Shown: positions 51,926 to 64,000, counted from the first letter of the stretch. The stretch is DNA of 64,000 bases from Dicyema japonicum (GCA_011109175.1 RDEW01000019.1:246028-310027); one strand, 5' to 3'. Numbers and translations: made by a program. The notes: generated by a model from the sequence alone, not told the origin.

Positions 51926-54832
51926 TGTTGTTGTGGAGCATCTTTTTTCTCAGAATGAGATAGAAACATTACCAGATGACCTATCTACGAATGGATATGA
52001 AAGAGAAACCATCAATGACGTAGACATGGTGGAGTGCTTACATAACAGGGAATTTCGCATAATAATATGAGTTTTACAATCATATCACTACGGGCGATGG
52101 CTGAATCGGTTGACCAAGATGACAAAGCTAAATGGATCTCACAAGTTGTTGGAACTGCCAAGTCGAGATTTTGAAGGTAAAAAAATCGACTGGTAAAAAA
52201 AATCGTGGTAAAAAAATCGACTCCTGAGGCATGGTTTTTCACTGGTGTCACTTACCTTATCCCGAAGAAAGAGGTTTGTGATTCTATGAAGGACCTTATA
52301 CCGATCACGTGCATGTCTAACCTCTATAAATAGACAACAAAGTGGGCTGAGCAAATATATTGAAGCATTCGATCTAATCAGTGATAACCAGTTAGGAACT
52401 CGTAGAATGTGCCAGGGCGCAAAGGAACAAGCCTTGGTCAACCAATGCATTAACAAACAGTCGGCCAATTTGCGCTCGACTTGGATCGATGTAAAGAAAG
52501 CGTTCGATTCTGTGGATCACGGCTTTCTGTACGAAGTTTTAGAAAACTCTGGATTACCTATATAAATTATTACGTTTATAAAAAAAACTTAAAATGTTGA
52601 CACTCCAACTAAAATTTGATGGAAAATTGCTTGGTGTGGTGAATTTTAGAAGGGGAATATTACAGGGAGATTCCTTATCTCCACAGTTATTTGTATTATT
52701 GATTGATCCGTTGAGTCGACTATTAAATGGTAAATACCCTAAAGTGACCATGGATGCTGAGGGAAATACTCTTACCTATGCTACTAACCACTTGTTGTTT
52801 ATGGATGATCTTAAATAGACATCCTGAGGATGACACAATGCTAAGTAAACTCAATGCGCTACCTCGGGATAGCAATCGATGGGAATGGTTCCTTCATGGA
52901 GGACATAAGACGAAGAAGGAAGAAGGCGCTTCAAGCACTCTTATGTACGAGAAAGTTGTTTGTAAGCCTGGAAACCTTCTTGTTCATCTTCATGAGGATC
53001 ATCCTACCGGAACTGCTATATGGATGCGAAGCATGGTTTTTCTCTTGCCAAAGAGAAAGAATAATGTTTCTCATGGAAAAAACCAGAAGGTCGGCAATAA
53101 AGTTGGCTTTAGGGAAAAGGCTCTGGATGCTCTCAGTACTGAAGAAAACATGATTCTAACTCCTGTTAAAAATATCGTAGAGAAAAGAATCAATGGGATC
53201 CGACGATAGAAGATAACTAAATGGAGTGTGGATACATCGAAAGTGTCCAGGCCGCATAGGCGGACACGTTTAAATATCCTAAAAATAACTCCTTACTTAC
53301 TTTGGAATAAATTTGGTTTGGTTGGTTTGGTTTGGACACAATGCTAAGAATGATTAACGAAGTTGGAAAATTTTTTGATGCGGCTGGACTGGAGCCTAAT
53401 ATCGACAAATCAGCCACAAATGTTGAATGCTTGGTTGAAAAAGCTGTTACTTGACGGTCTTGGAATATCGATATCTTGGCGTATTAGAAGACAAATATAG
53501 TAACGTCATGAAGATTAATGTGATGAAGTCTATTTATGCAGAAGTGGAATAGGATCGTGAACCTTACGAAGACTAAACAGAATAGTGTCAACTTTTTCAA
53601 GGCAATCAATGAGCATGCGACTTCTCTAAATAATTATATAGGACTCATTGAAATTGAACCTGATGAGTTTGAGGCAACTGACAAGTGCATACTTATAAAT
53701 GCTCGGATTCACTGTAAACCTGCAAATAAAGATTGTATTTACAGCGGGATTTTCTTGGGAGAGGATTGACTTGTGTTGTATGTAAAAGTGAAAGAATACT
53801 TCTTCATTTTTACAATGAGCTGCAATACAAGGCTAACAAATGTTTGAGAAGAGCAGGGATCCTACGGGTCTTGAACGCAAAGAAAAATCATATGGCCACT
53901 ATCGTAGGATTCCTAGCTGGAAAATACTGCTTAGACACATGCGACTTAAATCTAAAAAAACTAAAGGATGTACAACAGAAGGATCTGTTAAAAAATGAAA
54001 AGAAAACCTATGCATGCTATGATGTTCAATTCAACAGAAGATCAGAATGTCGATATCAAACAATCTAGCCAATGGTCAATCGCCGGGAACAACTCTCCAA
54101 GGACCAAGGGATTGCTATGCTATGTCCAGGATCGGAATGTTTTCTTCGAAGAAAATGGCGCAAAATGCAGTCATTGCAATTCAGCGAAAAAAACAGTGGA
54201 TCATCTGCGACAAGGTGTGGAAGAATGCTCAATAGTGACTACCTACGTCGTCATAACAAAGTCGTCAGGTGCATACACTTACACCTGTACAGGCAGTATG
54301 GAATAAAAATCGAAAGACTAAAGACTCATTCAGTACAATCAACGGTTGTAACTGAATTTGTGGAAATTCGCGTTGACACAACAATAGCTACGGACACGGG
54401 AATAGAGAGTAACAAGCCGGATATTTTTGTGTATGACAAAATCAAGAACACAATAACGCTAATAGAAGTGGGAATAACCTCCCAAGATTCGTGAAACATG
54501 TAGAAGTTGAGAAAGGCGCAAGTACGATCTTCTCGCAGATTAGGTGGGGATAATACACAAAGCAAAAGTATACGTGGTCCCAGTAGTCATCACTAGGGAT
54601 GGAGTCGTAAGCAAATTTTATAAACACCACCTGAGCCACTTAAATTTGGAATGCTTTGTAGGAGCCTACATGCAGACGGTAACGATCAAACAAACGATGG
54701 AAAGCGTTTTGACCCCAAGCTTACAATCTTAAGTAAGTCCAGCACAAACTGCGCTATAGGGTTCCTCACTCACTTTTAGTTTTTCAATACACTGAATGAC
54801 TTGTCATGATCGCATCCACCTGTGTAAGGCCT
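51926..54832 (+). mobile_element. Dong/R4-like RLE retrotransposon, 5'-truncated, with 19-bp TSD
   Basis: TYLIPK...PITCMSNLYK, CQGAKEQALVNQCIN, WIDVKKAFDSV, GILQGDSLSP, FMDDLK, CSHCNSAKKTVDH...RRHNKVV, KPDIFVYDK, LIEVGITSQD. CTCCAAAATTATTATTATT at 51907-51925 and 54833-54851. Confidence 0.93.
52846..53334 (+). mobile_element. 5'-truncated RTE-like LINE nested in the Dong RT, with 14-bp TSD and (TTTGG)n tail
   Basis: RYLGIAID...LLYGCEAW; GACACAATGCTAAG at 52832-52845 and 53335-53348. Confidence 0.88.
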
Positions 54833-54874
54833 CTCCAAAATTATTATTATTCAATAACCCCGAAAAGGGAAACA

Positions 54875-55480
54875 CCAAGAAAGAAGGAGTAAACCAATTA
54901 ATTAAGTGATCCCGATACGCCTCAACAGGATCGAAAGGTTTTTCCTATGTTCTTCCAGAGTGCCCACGGCTTTCCTGTATAGACGACGATCATCTTTCAT
55001 TAGAGTTTGAAGAGAGGTGGGTTTTTCCCCAAATTACGTGATTTGTTAGACGTGCAAGTTTGCCTGTTAGGGAGTTGATCTTGTATGAATTGGATGTTGA
55101 AGCTCGATAGGGCCATGAGGCACAAGCATACACTACCGTCGGTTTTAGAAGTTGATTGTGCAAGACGACAGTGCATTCCCGTGACGGCCTGAATTTTAAG
55201 AGCTTCATTATATTCAGTTTACTGAGACCCTTTGTAATACCGTTCTTCACATGTTGAGAAAATGTCATCAAAGGGTCGAAGGTCACTCCCAGAATAGTTG
55301 GATGAATCTGTAAAGGTAAAAGTCTCCATAAATGTTCAAATCCAGTGTATATTTTTCTTTTCTGTCTGTGTACAGATGGTATACGTTGATTTATCCCTGG
55401 ATATGGAGAGACGATTCAAATTCAACCAGGCTCCCAGATCGTCAATATTTATCAAGATCATATTTTTATATTTAAAATTA
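54875..55480 (-). mobile_element. Family A LINE 3' fragment
   Basis: DDLGAWLNLNRLSISRDKS, TFDPLMTFSQHV, RKAVGTLEEHRKNLSILLRRIGIT* (stop 54902-54904). Confidence 0.85.
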
Positions 55481-55509
55481 CAAAAGGGTTTTTTATTTTT
55501 CAAATATAA

Positions 55510-55785
55510 TAATATTTTACAAAAGAAGGCTTTCAGAGTCACGGAGCGGTGGATTGTGGGAGACACAGAACCGGACCGACTACTCTGGAGGCCCTCATAA
55601 AACTAAACTCCGGCATGCGGGAAGGTGGCCCTGCAAATACAGTCACCCGCCCAGTACGAGCTTGTGTGGGCACGAGGGAGGAGCACCGGGAAAGGATGAG
55701 GATTTTGGTGGAACGCATCGGGATCACGTGATAGTTAGTTTGGTTTAACCGTGGTCTTGGGTGTTAAATAAATAAAATAAATAAT
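55510..55785 (+). mobile_element. Family A LINE tail
   Basis: PVRACVGTREEHRERMRILVERIGIT* (55729-55731), then tagttagtttggtttaaccgtggtcttgg and (TAAA)n. Confidence 0.8.
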
Positions 55786-56584
55786 TGCACTTTATGTAGT
55801 GGCAGACTCGAATTCGTCCAACAAGGTTGATGTCAAAATAATTGTGTTATGGTCAGATGGAAGATCATAATAGACTTCCCATGATACGGACGTGGAAAAT
55901 TAGGGAAACAAAGTGTGAGATCTGGGGAGATGTTGAAATCTCCAGACGGATACCACATTTGGTGTGGATTGTTAAAAACAAAAAAATCCATAATCAATTG
56001 TTCTCCACTTGGATCGGAAGGCTGATAACGGCCAGGAGGGGTCTTTTGCATTTAAATCTCCACAGGGTTCTACTCTATGTCACCAGACATAATGATTATA
56101 AGGGAACGATGACTACTCGTCGGCTCATTGGTCACCATCTGAACCTCTTAAAATCCTATAGGGAAAAGGAGTGGATCTTTTCGTTATGTAACGCATTTAA
56201 ACGACACCGTTATCCACGTCGTCACTCTAATTCCTCATGTTCAGTAAATAAGACAATTTAGATGTCAGCAACTTGTATTTTCTGCTTTCTATGCAATTTT
56301 ATCAATTGTTACCCAATCAAAAACAAGTAACCTCTCACCAAACATAACTCTAAAATTAGGTGTGATTTTGTATAAATCAATAACCACACTATTTTTATTG
56401 CGATTGACACAATAGTCATTAAATTATCTAATCTCTGTCGTCAATTCAAGGTTATTGATTAAACCGTTCATTTTGGAGGAAAGTGACAATTCATAGCAAT
56501 CATTATTATGCCTATCAAATACAACCAAGTTAAAACAGAAATAATAAATAAAAATCAAAAATTTATTTTATAAATCCTACAAAA

Positions 56585-57528
56585 TCATCGTCTACTTCTT
56601 TTACTGGCCGAATCCGAACCACCGTAAGACCGTTTTTTTGTGTCAGCAAATTCAGCCTTAAGTTTGATGATGTCAATCTCATCCAATAAACAGGGACCCA
56701 TCAGTCGATAACCAAAGACCATTGGAGAAGCCAAACTTACGGTTGGGTTAATACCACATTTCTGAGGAAAACAAACATCATTTTTTAACAAACAATCACT
56801 GCCTTTCTTAACATTCTCCTTCACTATTTGTGGGGGCTTATATGCCTCCACACTCTTCCGTAGAAACGTGTTAGGGATACAAGTGGTCTTAACCACTTTC
56901 ACTCCACATAGCTTGCACTTTCCTTCCCCCTCACACATTGAATTTACACCTAACAAATTACACACATAACATACAGGTACCACACACTGACTCGGAACAG
57001 CAGGAAAGAATGAAGGCATTCACACTCAATCCCTGGCACACGGGACAGAACAAATCCTCTTCAAACTTCTTATGGCTTGAATTCTCGTTCTCCTTTACTG
57101 GTAAATCCATAGAATATACAATTTTCACGTGTTTCTTAGGTGGGTCATCTCTTATAGGTTCTGCAGAGAGAGGAACCTTGCTTTTAGCTTTAATGGAGTA
57201 ATGGCGAGTGAATGTGGAGGGTCTACTGATATTATATGCTGGAAACCTGTCGTTATTCACATAAATGGGGATTCTGGAGATTAAAAGTCTTGTATTCTTT
57301 GGAATCAAGAAGTTATTATCATCGTAGACTAGAAATGGTCAAATATTAGGTATTACCAAGTCCTGAGTCCTCGTTCGTCACAAAAATGTCAAATTCCCCA
57401 GAACGCGATTGTGTCGTATTCTTTTCTATTACAGAGTTCTTGAAGTCTTTAAGAGGTATGCAATCCCCAACAAATCGTATTGTCTGGTATTCAGTTACAC
57501 TTTTTAGTCTGTAATGAACAGCTGACAT
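56585..57528 (-). CDS. RBBP6: RBBP6/Mpe1-like DWNN + RING protein, short
   Basis: MSAVHYRLKS...LIPKNTRLLISRIP (DWNN); LFCPVC...ILSCCSESVCGTC...CKLC (RING); introns 57329-57356 (28 nt) and 56950-56974 (25 nt). Confidence 0.88.
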
Positions 57529-57699
57529 TTAACACAACAACAAATAACAAAAAAAGTAAAGGGTAATTAATTTATTTTAAAAATAATAATTTAATTATAG
57601 TTTAGTAAATTTATTAAAAATTGCATTTATTTTTAAAATTGGATTTATTTATTCAAAAATTATTATTCAAAAATAAGATCGAAACTCTTTTCCTTTCCT

Positions 57700-58050
57700 T
57701 CCGATGGCGTCACTGGATCCACCTTACTGAGGAGGCGACCAATGCCTTGCCGGCATCAAGAGGATCCAACAATTCTTCCCCGGGTACAACCTGATGACAA
57801 GTTCTGGAATGCTGGAACGAGTCTGGATTGAGGTGTTAGTTAGTTTGGTTACCCTTGGTCTTTGGAAATAATTTTAATTTAATTTTAAGATCGAAAGTTG
57901 AGTGGCGCCATGTGGCTAATTGATTAAAAAATTTTCTACGCCCAATGCCTGGCTCGCATTCAAAAGGGCTGTTTCATGCGGTTTTTAGTGGCGGCTCTCA
58001 ATGTCATTCATGCATGAAAAAGAACCATTTGATCTCCCCTATCCATTAAA
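57700..58050 (+). repeat. Two adjacent family B/C pieces; the first ends in the family A-type 3' box
   Basis: DPPY.GGDQCLAGIKRIQQFFP then ttagttagtttggttacccttggtc (57837-57861); gccatgtggctaattgatt at ~57906. Confidence 0.6.
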
Positions 58051-58149
58051 TTATATCTTTGGTGTGGTTTTGCGAAATTTTTCCTGTTTTTTTGTACTCC
58101 GTAAAGATCAGGTCAGACTCCAAAATATTGTGAGGGACGAAATTTCATT

Positions 58150-58880
58150 CTCAAGTATCAGGTAGCGTCTACTCTTTTTGAAAGAGACGACTCCCTAGAA
58201 CAGACATCCATCTAACTATTTTCATCCTGTCAATACATTGTCATATTTCTTCTCAGGATTCATTTCCCCTTCTAATACCTCCAACCTAATTCCATCTGCT
58301 GATTTAAACGGCAAACACTCATACTCGCTGCACTCTCAAAAACCAACAGTAGTGGTGGATACATTCTGTCAATTCAGATGACATGGAGATTCTCTAAAAC
58401 CCAAATAGGCGTACAAAGGCCAAGACTTACATATGTACTCGACCGTTGCCTTAGGGAGTTAGTTGTATAGGAGAACTAAACATTCATGTGACGGTCTCTA
58501 CAAGGTCGAAAATAACGCTTTTATGCAATTCAGTTTGAGAAAACCTCTAGCCAGAGCCTGCTAACTTGGTAGGGAAGGCAATAGCAATGGACCGTAGTTA
58601 CTTCAAATATTTAAGGGTGAGATAGGCTTTTTATACTGCATAACATCAAAATCTTCCTTCAATCTTTGATTGGTGGAGGAAATACTATTGAAAGATTGGA
58701 AGAGATTGACAGTCAGTTCAACCCCACCAGGTTTCAAGATTCGTAAGTTAGAAGTTTGTTGTGGTTTCTTTTGTGGAACTACTACAGCATCCAATGACCC
58801 ATCATCAGCGTAAATCGACAGCAAGGAATTATTGCTTGGTATAAGTTAGGAGAGCGGAGATCCTTGGAAAACTAGATTTT
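58150..58880 (-). mobile_element. LINE RT fragment related to family A
   Basis: VFQGSPLS, IYADD, and KLNCIKAL...RPSHECLVLLYN (compare RPSRECTVVLHN at ~55170). Confidence 0.65.
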
Positions 58881-59099
58881 AATCTCAAGGGCTCAGGGCC
58901 CACTTGTCTTCCGAAATCTTCCACGTTCATGTTAAGAACAGATGAGACGGGTCTTGATTCTCCTCGATTTCTCCAAAGCGTAGATGAATGTAAATTTATT
59001 ACGGTCTATCTATCAAAGTCAAGGTCGTAGATCTTTCTGGAATGTCAAAATCGTTAGCTGGAATAGTACACTGAGACCTCTCTCAACTAAGCAAGCTGC

Positions 59100-60300
59100 C
59101 GTTCCCAGATTCCTTTAACCAAGTGTGGTGATGTTGAACCTAACCCTGGACCCGTGACATTTCACCGAACGTTGAAGATACTCCAATTGAACATCATCGG
59201 TCTTTCCAAAAAATATTTTGATTTATGCAACTTTTTGCAAATTATTGTGTGGACATTACCCTTATCAAAAACTAAACTTACAACGAAATCAAAACTCTTC
59301 ATTTCGAGAACTATTCTGTATTACGTTCCAACAGCACCTCCAGATCAGCTGGGGGTGGTTTACTTATTCCTGTACACATTTCTATTCCTTTTGCTGATTC
59401 TTCAACTTTTATTAAATCTCTCATATCTGAGGACCCTCATATTGAAATTTCATCCTTCCATGTCAATATCAACAGCTCATGTTTCACTATTGTCATAAAT
59501 ACCACCGATTTCTCCGTGTCTTCCTAGCTATATCCGAACTTACTTCCACTTTTTTCTATTGAAAACTTAACCTGATAAACGTGGAGTGCAAATTAGAGGA
59601 CTTTGATATTCTAAATAATCCTGTTCTGCATACTCGTTGTGCTCTACGTGTGGATCATTCTACTTCCCCAGAAAAATCCTTCTGTTCTCAAGTATCGCTC
59701 TCGACGCTCAATGAGATGTCCTTTGTGATCTCCCAACTAACCACAACCCGAATTTAATTACCTTCAACCGTCAAACTACGAAGAGGAAGATCACGAAGAC
59801 GGTTATAAACTATAAACATGGAAAGTGGGATTCTGGTGAACGTAGAATCGAATATCAGGAGGATCAACAAGGTAAAATCAAACTAACAATTCCTTGATCA
59901 TGACGCATTCCAGCAGAACCCTCACCCAAGCACAGTGATCCATAGGACGTTGTCTGGGAGCTGAAATCAATTCCAGAACTAGTAGCTACAGAGCGACATT
60001 GTGTCCAAGTGGAATAAATAGATGGATCCTTTTGTATGGCGGCCTGGCATTGGGCGTATTCTGAGTAAGATGGATCAACAGAGGGAAAGAAGAGAAGTCT
60101 TCAAATTCATTAAATCTTGGAAAAATGTATACTGCTTAACGGATTCTAGTTCCGAGCCAAGTTTAGAGTTCGACGAGTTGAGAAACTATTACACCGGTGG
60201 AGAGAATATCCACACCACACAGTCGGCCCTTGATATCCATCTCACTTCAGGATTAACAGTCGTAAAAATCTAAATCGTTATCAACACAGCTGTCGAATTC
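59100..60300 (+). mobile_element. LINE 5' fragment: 2A-like peptide followed by APE endonuclease, decayed
   Basis: TKCGDVEPNPGP (59127-59153) immediately before LKILQLNIIGLSKK. Confidence 0.8.
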
Positions 60301-61087
60301 ATCAATTTGGGGTTTATAACAACCAAAATAACTGTATTAGGATATTCACGTGGGCGACCATTTGTACATTAAGCTAACAGACAAACGTATTTAGGCAAGT
60401 AACATGGATTGGTTTCTAATAAGTATTGAATCATCAAGGTGTGAACTGATCGTTCAATCTGAAAGGTTTCATGGTCTCATTAAAAAACGACTTGAGTATA
60501 TAAGGTATCCCACAATGATTTAAAGAGGCACGAAATATGGACATAAAAAGGCATAAAGTAGTATAAATTCTATAAATGATTGTTAATCACCTGAATAGGT
60601 AATCCACATATAAGAAAGAATTCCACTCAAGGAAAGGCAAGTAAAACTATGTTCAATCATTATTGGATTAGAAAGCTTAGCTGTCGTGAACAAAGTAAAC
60701 TGCTTATGTTATACGTTTGTGTGCTTGTCTGTGCATGTCAATAAATTTTGACACTGCTAATTTCTAACAACACATCCTCAGCTCCAGAACAGGCGTGCAA
60801 CTAAAAGAGGCTACTATTTGTCTTGGGTATCAACTCCCCCACTTCCCCAGTCAGTCCATCGTTGAACGTTCAATATCTAAAGCAGTGTTTCTCAACATAA
60901 GCAATGTAATTTATAATTAGAAATTACTATTTAATTAAATTATATTTATAATCATTTCCTTAGTCTTTTGCGTTAAATAATATTGGTTTATATAATTTAT
61001 AATTATAAATTTAATTTAATTTAATAATTTAATTAATATCCTGTGGTGATGAACATGTTTGCTTCTACTAATCAGAGTGGGACTGAC

Positions 61088-61180
61088 CGACCTATGGGAG
61101 CGACAACATCTGCTGCGTCCTACTTAATAGCTGCTGGCCTCTACAAGTTAGTGAGGCTGGGGTTACTTAACTAACTAATC
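61088..61180 (+). repeat. Second copy of the (TAAC)n-ended dispersed repeat
   Basis: Matches 19550-19650. Confidence 0.75.
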
Positions 61181-61199
61181 AGACTGGGACATTACCTAC

Positions 61200-62860
61200 T
61201 TGTGAATGAACTGGATGGACAAAACAATAAGAACGCATGCAAAGTGGTCTGGGGCTGTTCGGAGACAAAAATTGATGCAAAACTCCTTAATCCGATTTCT
61301 CTATGTATGGAACTAAACTAACTAAACTGAAGAAGCAGATTGAACAAATATCAGAGCTTATGGATAGAGAGGAAATGGAAGGTATGACGATGGAACGAGG
61401 AATATGCTTTGCCAATACGGAAGGCAGATAAGTGTGAATTTGAGAGGTGCTTCTATTCAGGATAACAAAGATTGTGGACACATTGGAACAAAGAGTGACT
61501 GAGGCAGAGGACACATTTTCGGACTTTAGCAACGAGACCATCTTTGAAGTAATTAGACAGCTTTCGAACTGGAGCACTGGTGGATGTGATGTACAACTTT
61601 TTTTTCTCAAAAAATTCTCATCAATTCATGACCTCTGTGAAGAAATCGCCAAGTTAAACACGGAAGTATTCTCCAGATGAGTGGTTCTACACAAGAGTTA
61701 CCACTAAGAAGTGTGTCGTACCCCAACGGACATAATGCCTATTACAGCCAAACCTATACAAGTTGGTTAGGAAGTGTGTCAACCGAAAATTGTCAGAGGA
61801 TATTGAGGCATACCATCTGATCAGTACTATCAATTGGGAACATGAAGAATGTGTCAAGGGGCTAAAGAACAGGCAATACTTGATCAGTGCATCAACCACC
61901 AGAACGGGAATGATTTTACCACTGTGTGGATAGGCGTAAAAAGCATCGATAGATGTGACTTCTCGATAATTTTGACTCCCTTACTGATTGTAGATTTTGC
62001 AGGGTTACTCTTGTGCTTATAATGGTCCTTCTGAGCAAGGTACTGAATGCGAAATACCCACGGTGATTATTGACGCCTACGACCAAAGATCCTTTAGCTA
62101 TGGAAAAAAACCAACTGCTGTTTATAGACGACCTAAAAATATTATCTCGAAAAGAGACATAAATATGATTATGATAGAGGTTAATTCTTCGAAGTAGCTG
62201 GATTCGAACGAAACATTGAAAAATCTGCTATTAATATGCTCGGTCTTGGATCCAAGCTAGTTTTCTTGAGGAATAGTAGATACCTTGGTGTGATAGAGGA
62301 TGGAAAATACAATGTCTTGAAAAACAAAGTTAACATTTGACGTGGTTAAAGAGAATCGACAGTCTGGCAAATACAAGATTCAAGCCAACGTGGAACCTCC
62401 TTATATTACTACATCGGGCCTTTGATACTGAGTCTTCCGAATTCGAGCTAATTGACCCAAAAAATGGAAAATTTTTGTATCGAATTCATTTTAAACCTGA
62501 AAACGAAGACTCTCTGCCAAGAGACAAGCTTGGAAGAGGATTGGTATCCATTACCCACAAAAGTGAACGGATGCTTTCTACCCAGAGAGGTATTTCTAAA
62601 AAAGCAGGAATTCTGTGGGTATTGGCATCAAACATATGTCGACAGTCTTAGGTTATCGAACAATTCACCGAGATCTGAAGGATTTTCTTATGCAAGACCG
62701 CAATTTATTCTTTAACCATGTTGAAGAAAGTGCAGTCACTGTAATTCTGCAAGGGATGGTTTTCCACCAATTAACGACAGTGACTACCTGCGAAGACACA
62801 ACAAGGTTGTTGAAACATAAATCTCCATTTGTGTCGCCAATATGGAATTAAGAAAACTAT
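61200..62860 (+). mobile_element. Heavily decayed Dong/R4-like element
   Basis: RQLSNWSTGGCD, MCQGAKEQAILDQCIN, LKNENSL-like and EGFSYARPQ segments. Confidence 0.7.
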
Positions 62861-62914
62861 GAGACTCGATACACAATTTGCCAAGTCTATTGTCGCGAAC
62901 GAGTTCGTAGAGAC

Positions 62915-63080
62915 TCACGTGATCCCAGCACGTACTAGCAGGACCTCATCTTGTCCTAATGCTGCTCCCTCGACCCCCACATAAACACGTATCGGCCGAG
63001 TGACTGGAACTTCGCAGTCACGACGGTTCATTTGTATCAAGGCTTCAAGAGGCATTGGTGGCTGAAACTTTCCAGAAATC
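62915..63080 (-). mobile_element. Family A LINE tail, decayed
   Basis: SREQH*DKMR...LVRAGIT*; tcacgtgatccc terminus as at 4011. Confidence 0.65.
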
Positions 63081-64000
63081 CAGCGTTCTTTTTTCGACTA
63101 GTCTCGATTCTTCAAAACCATTTGTCCAAGAGATGAGTGGTCCCCATATACCACATGCGTAAGAGATGCATGGTTCAATGAATTGTTCATATACAGTGCT
63201 CAAAACAGTATGTTTTTAATTTAATAAAAATCAATTATAAAATTTATTTACTACAAAAATTTTGAATTAAAATATTAAATAAATAAAATAGAAAACAGTA
63301 ATGAGTCCAAGTAAATGAAATATTAGGCCAATCAGCATAGATTTGTCATCAAAGTATTCCCATGGTTTTTTTATATTTTGTTTATTCCTGGTCATTTGAT
63401 TTACGATTTAGTGACCAATTTAAAATGCAATTTACCGTCATTAATGATGTCATTCAATTATTATTTTTTAATTTATTAAAGGTTAACAATAAGTCCCTCC
63501 AATCACAAACACTCAAAAATTGTGCGAATCCAATGATTCAGAGAAAACAACATGGAACTAATTTCGTTGCTTAAAAACTTTTCATTGAAATTCCTACATA
63601 ACTTTGAAAATGATGTCATCTGTAACAACCTCTATGATATCCCTTCTGGTTATCAATCCAGTCTTCCAACTCAAATGGAAGATTAGTTCTTTCTGAATTT
63701 GAATATCTCGTCATACTGAACAACCGCTATCAAAATACAAAATGTAGGACACGGCGTGAGGATCCCAATACCTCCCTTCATCTATCACAAGAATCAATTA
63801 AATGGGAGTCGACATTAAAGACAAACTAATTCAGATATTAAAAAAACAATTTTCCTTCAAATTGATGTATCACTATTCTGTGAAAATTGAATTCAACGAT
63901 TAAAGAACAGCTTCCACATTTTGAACTCGATCTCTCAGATAATGTTTTCCAACTTATTTTTGAGGTGATATTAGACTTTAAATCAAATTAAGCTTGATAT

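Noticed and set aside
52176-52222. Three short ggtaaaaaaatcg repeats; similar micro-duplications at ~19167-19206 and ~47281-47312
   Set aside because: Local slippage duplications with no spacer structure; not CRISPR-like and no functional evidence.

Overview
This is eukaryotic nuclear DNA: AT-rich, TE-dense scaffold sequence with one 429-N gap and two single-N joins. No prokaryotic features are present (no CRISPR, operons or rRNA). The host genes are metazoan-type and are interrupted by extremely short GT-AG introns, mostly 21-26 nt. That pattern is most reminiscent of dicyemid mesozoans; a myxozoan or other reduced animal parasite is the alternative, and the taxon is an inference. Host genes reconstructed by hand are U2SURP/SR140, a GRAMD1/Aster-like GRAM+VASt sterol transporter, a kelch-repeat protein, a Rab1-like GTPase, a core-2/I-branching GlcNAc transferase with a single frameshift, a short RBBP6/Mpe1-like DWNN-RING protein, an orphan 2-TM protein with PY motifs, and a decayed ankyrin-repeat gene. 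Most remaining sequence is decayed, nested mobile DNA: CRE-like and Dong/R4-like RLE retrotransposons, RTE-like LINEs, a 2A-peptide/APE/RT LINE family, tRNA-headed SINEs, pogo/Tigger, hAT and MITEs. Several multicopy decayed coding families could not be assigned. The most notable observations are a 25-nt spliceosomal micro-intron inside a hAT transposase, in-frame stops in every confidently called 3n micro-intron, LINE 3' ends joined back-to-back, a Dong-like element with a 19-bp TSD in a (TTA)n site, and three unidentified multicopy families. All alignments and translations were done by eye, and many boundaries are approximate.
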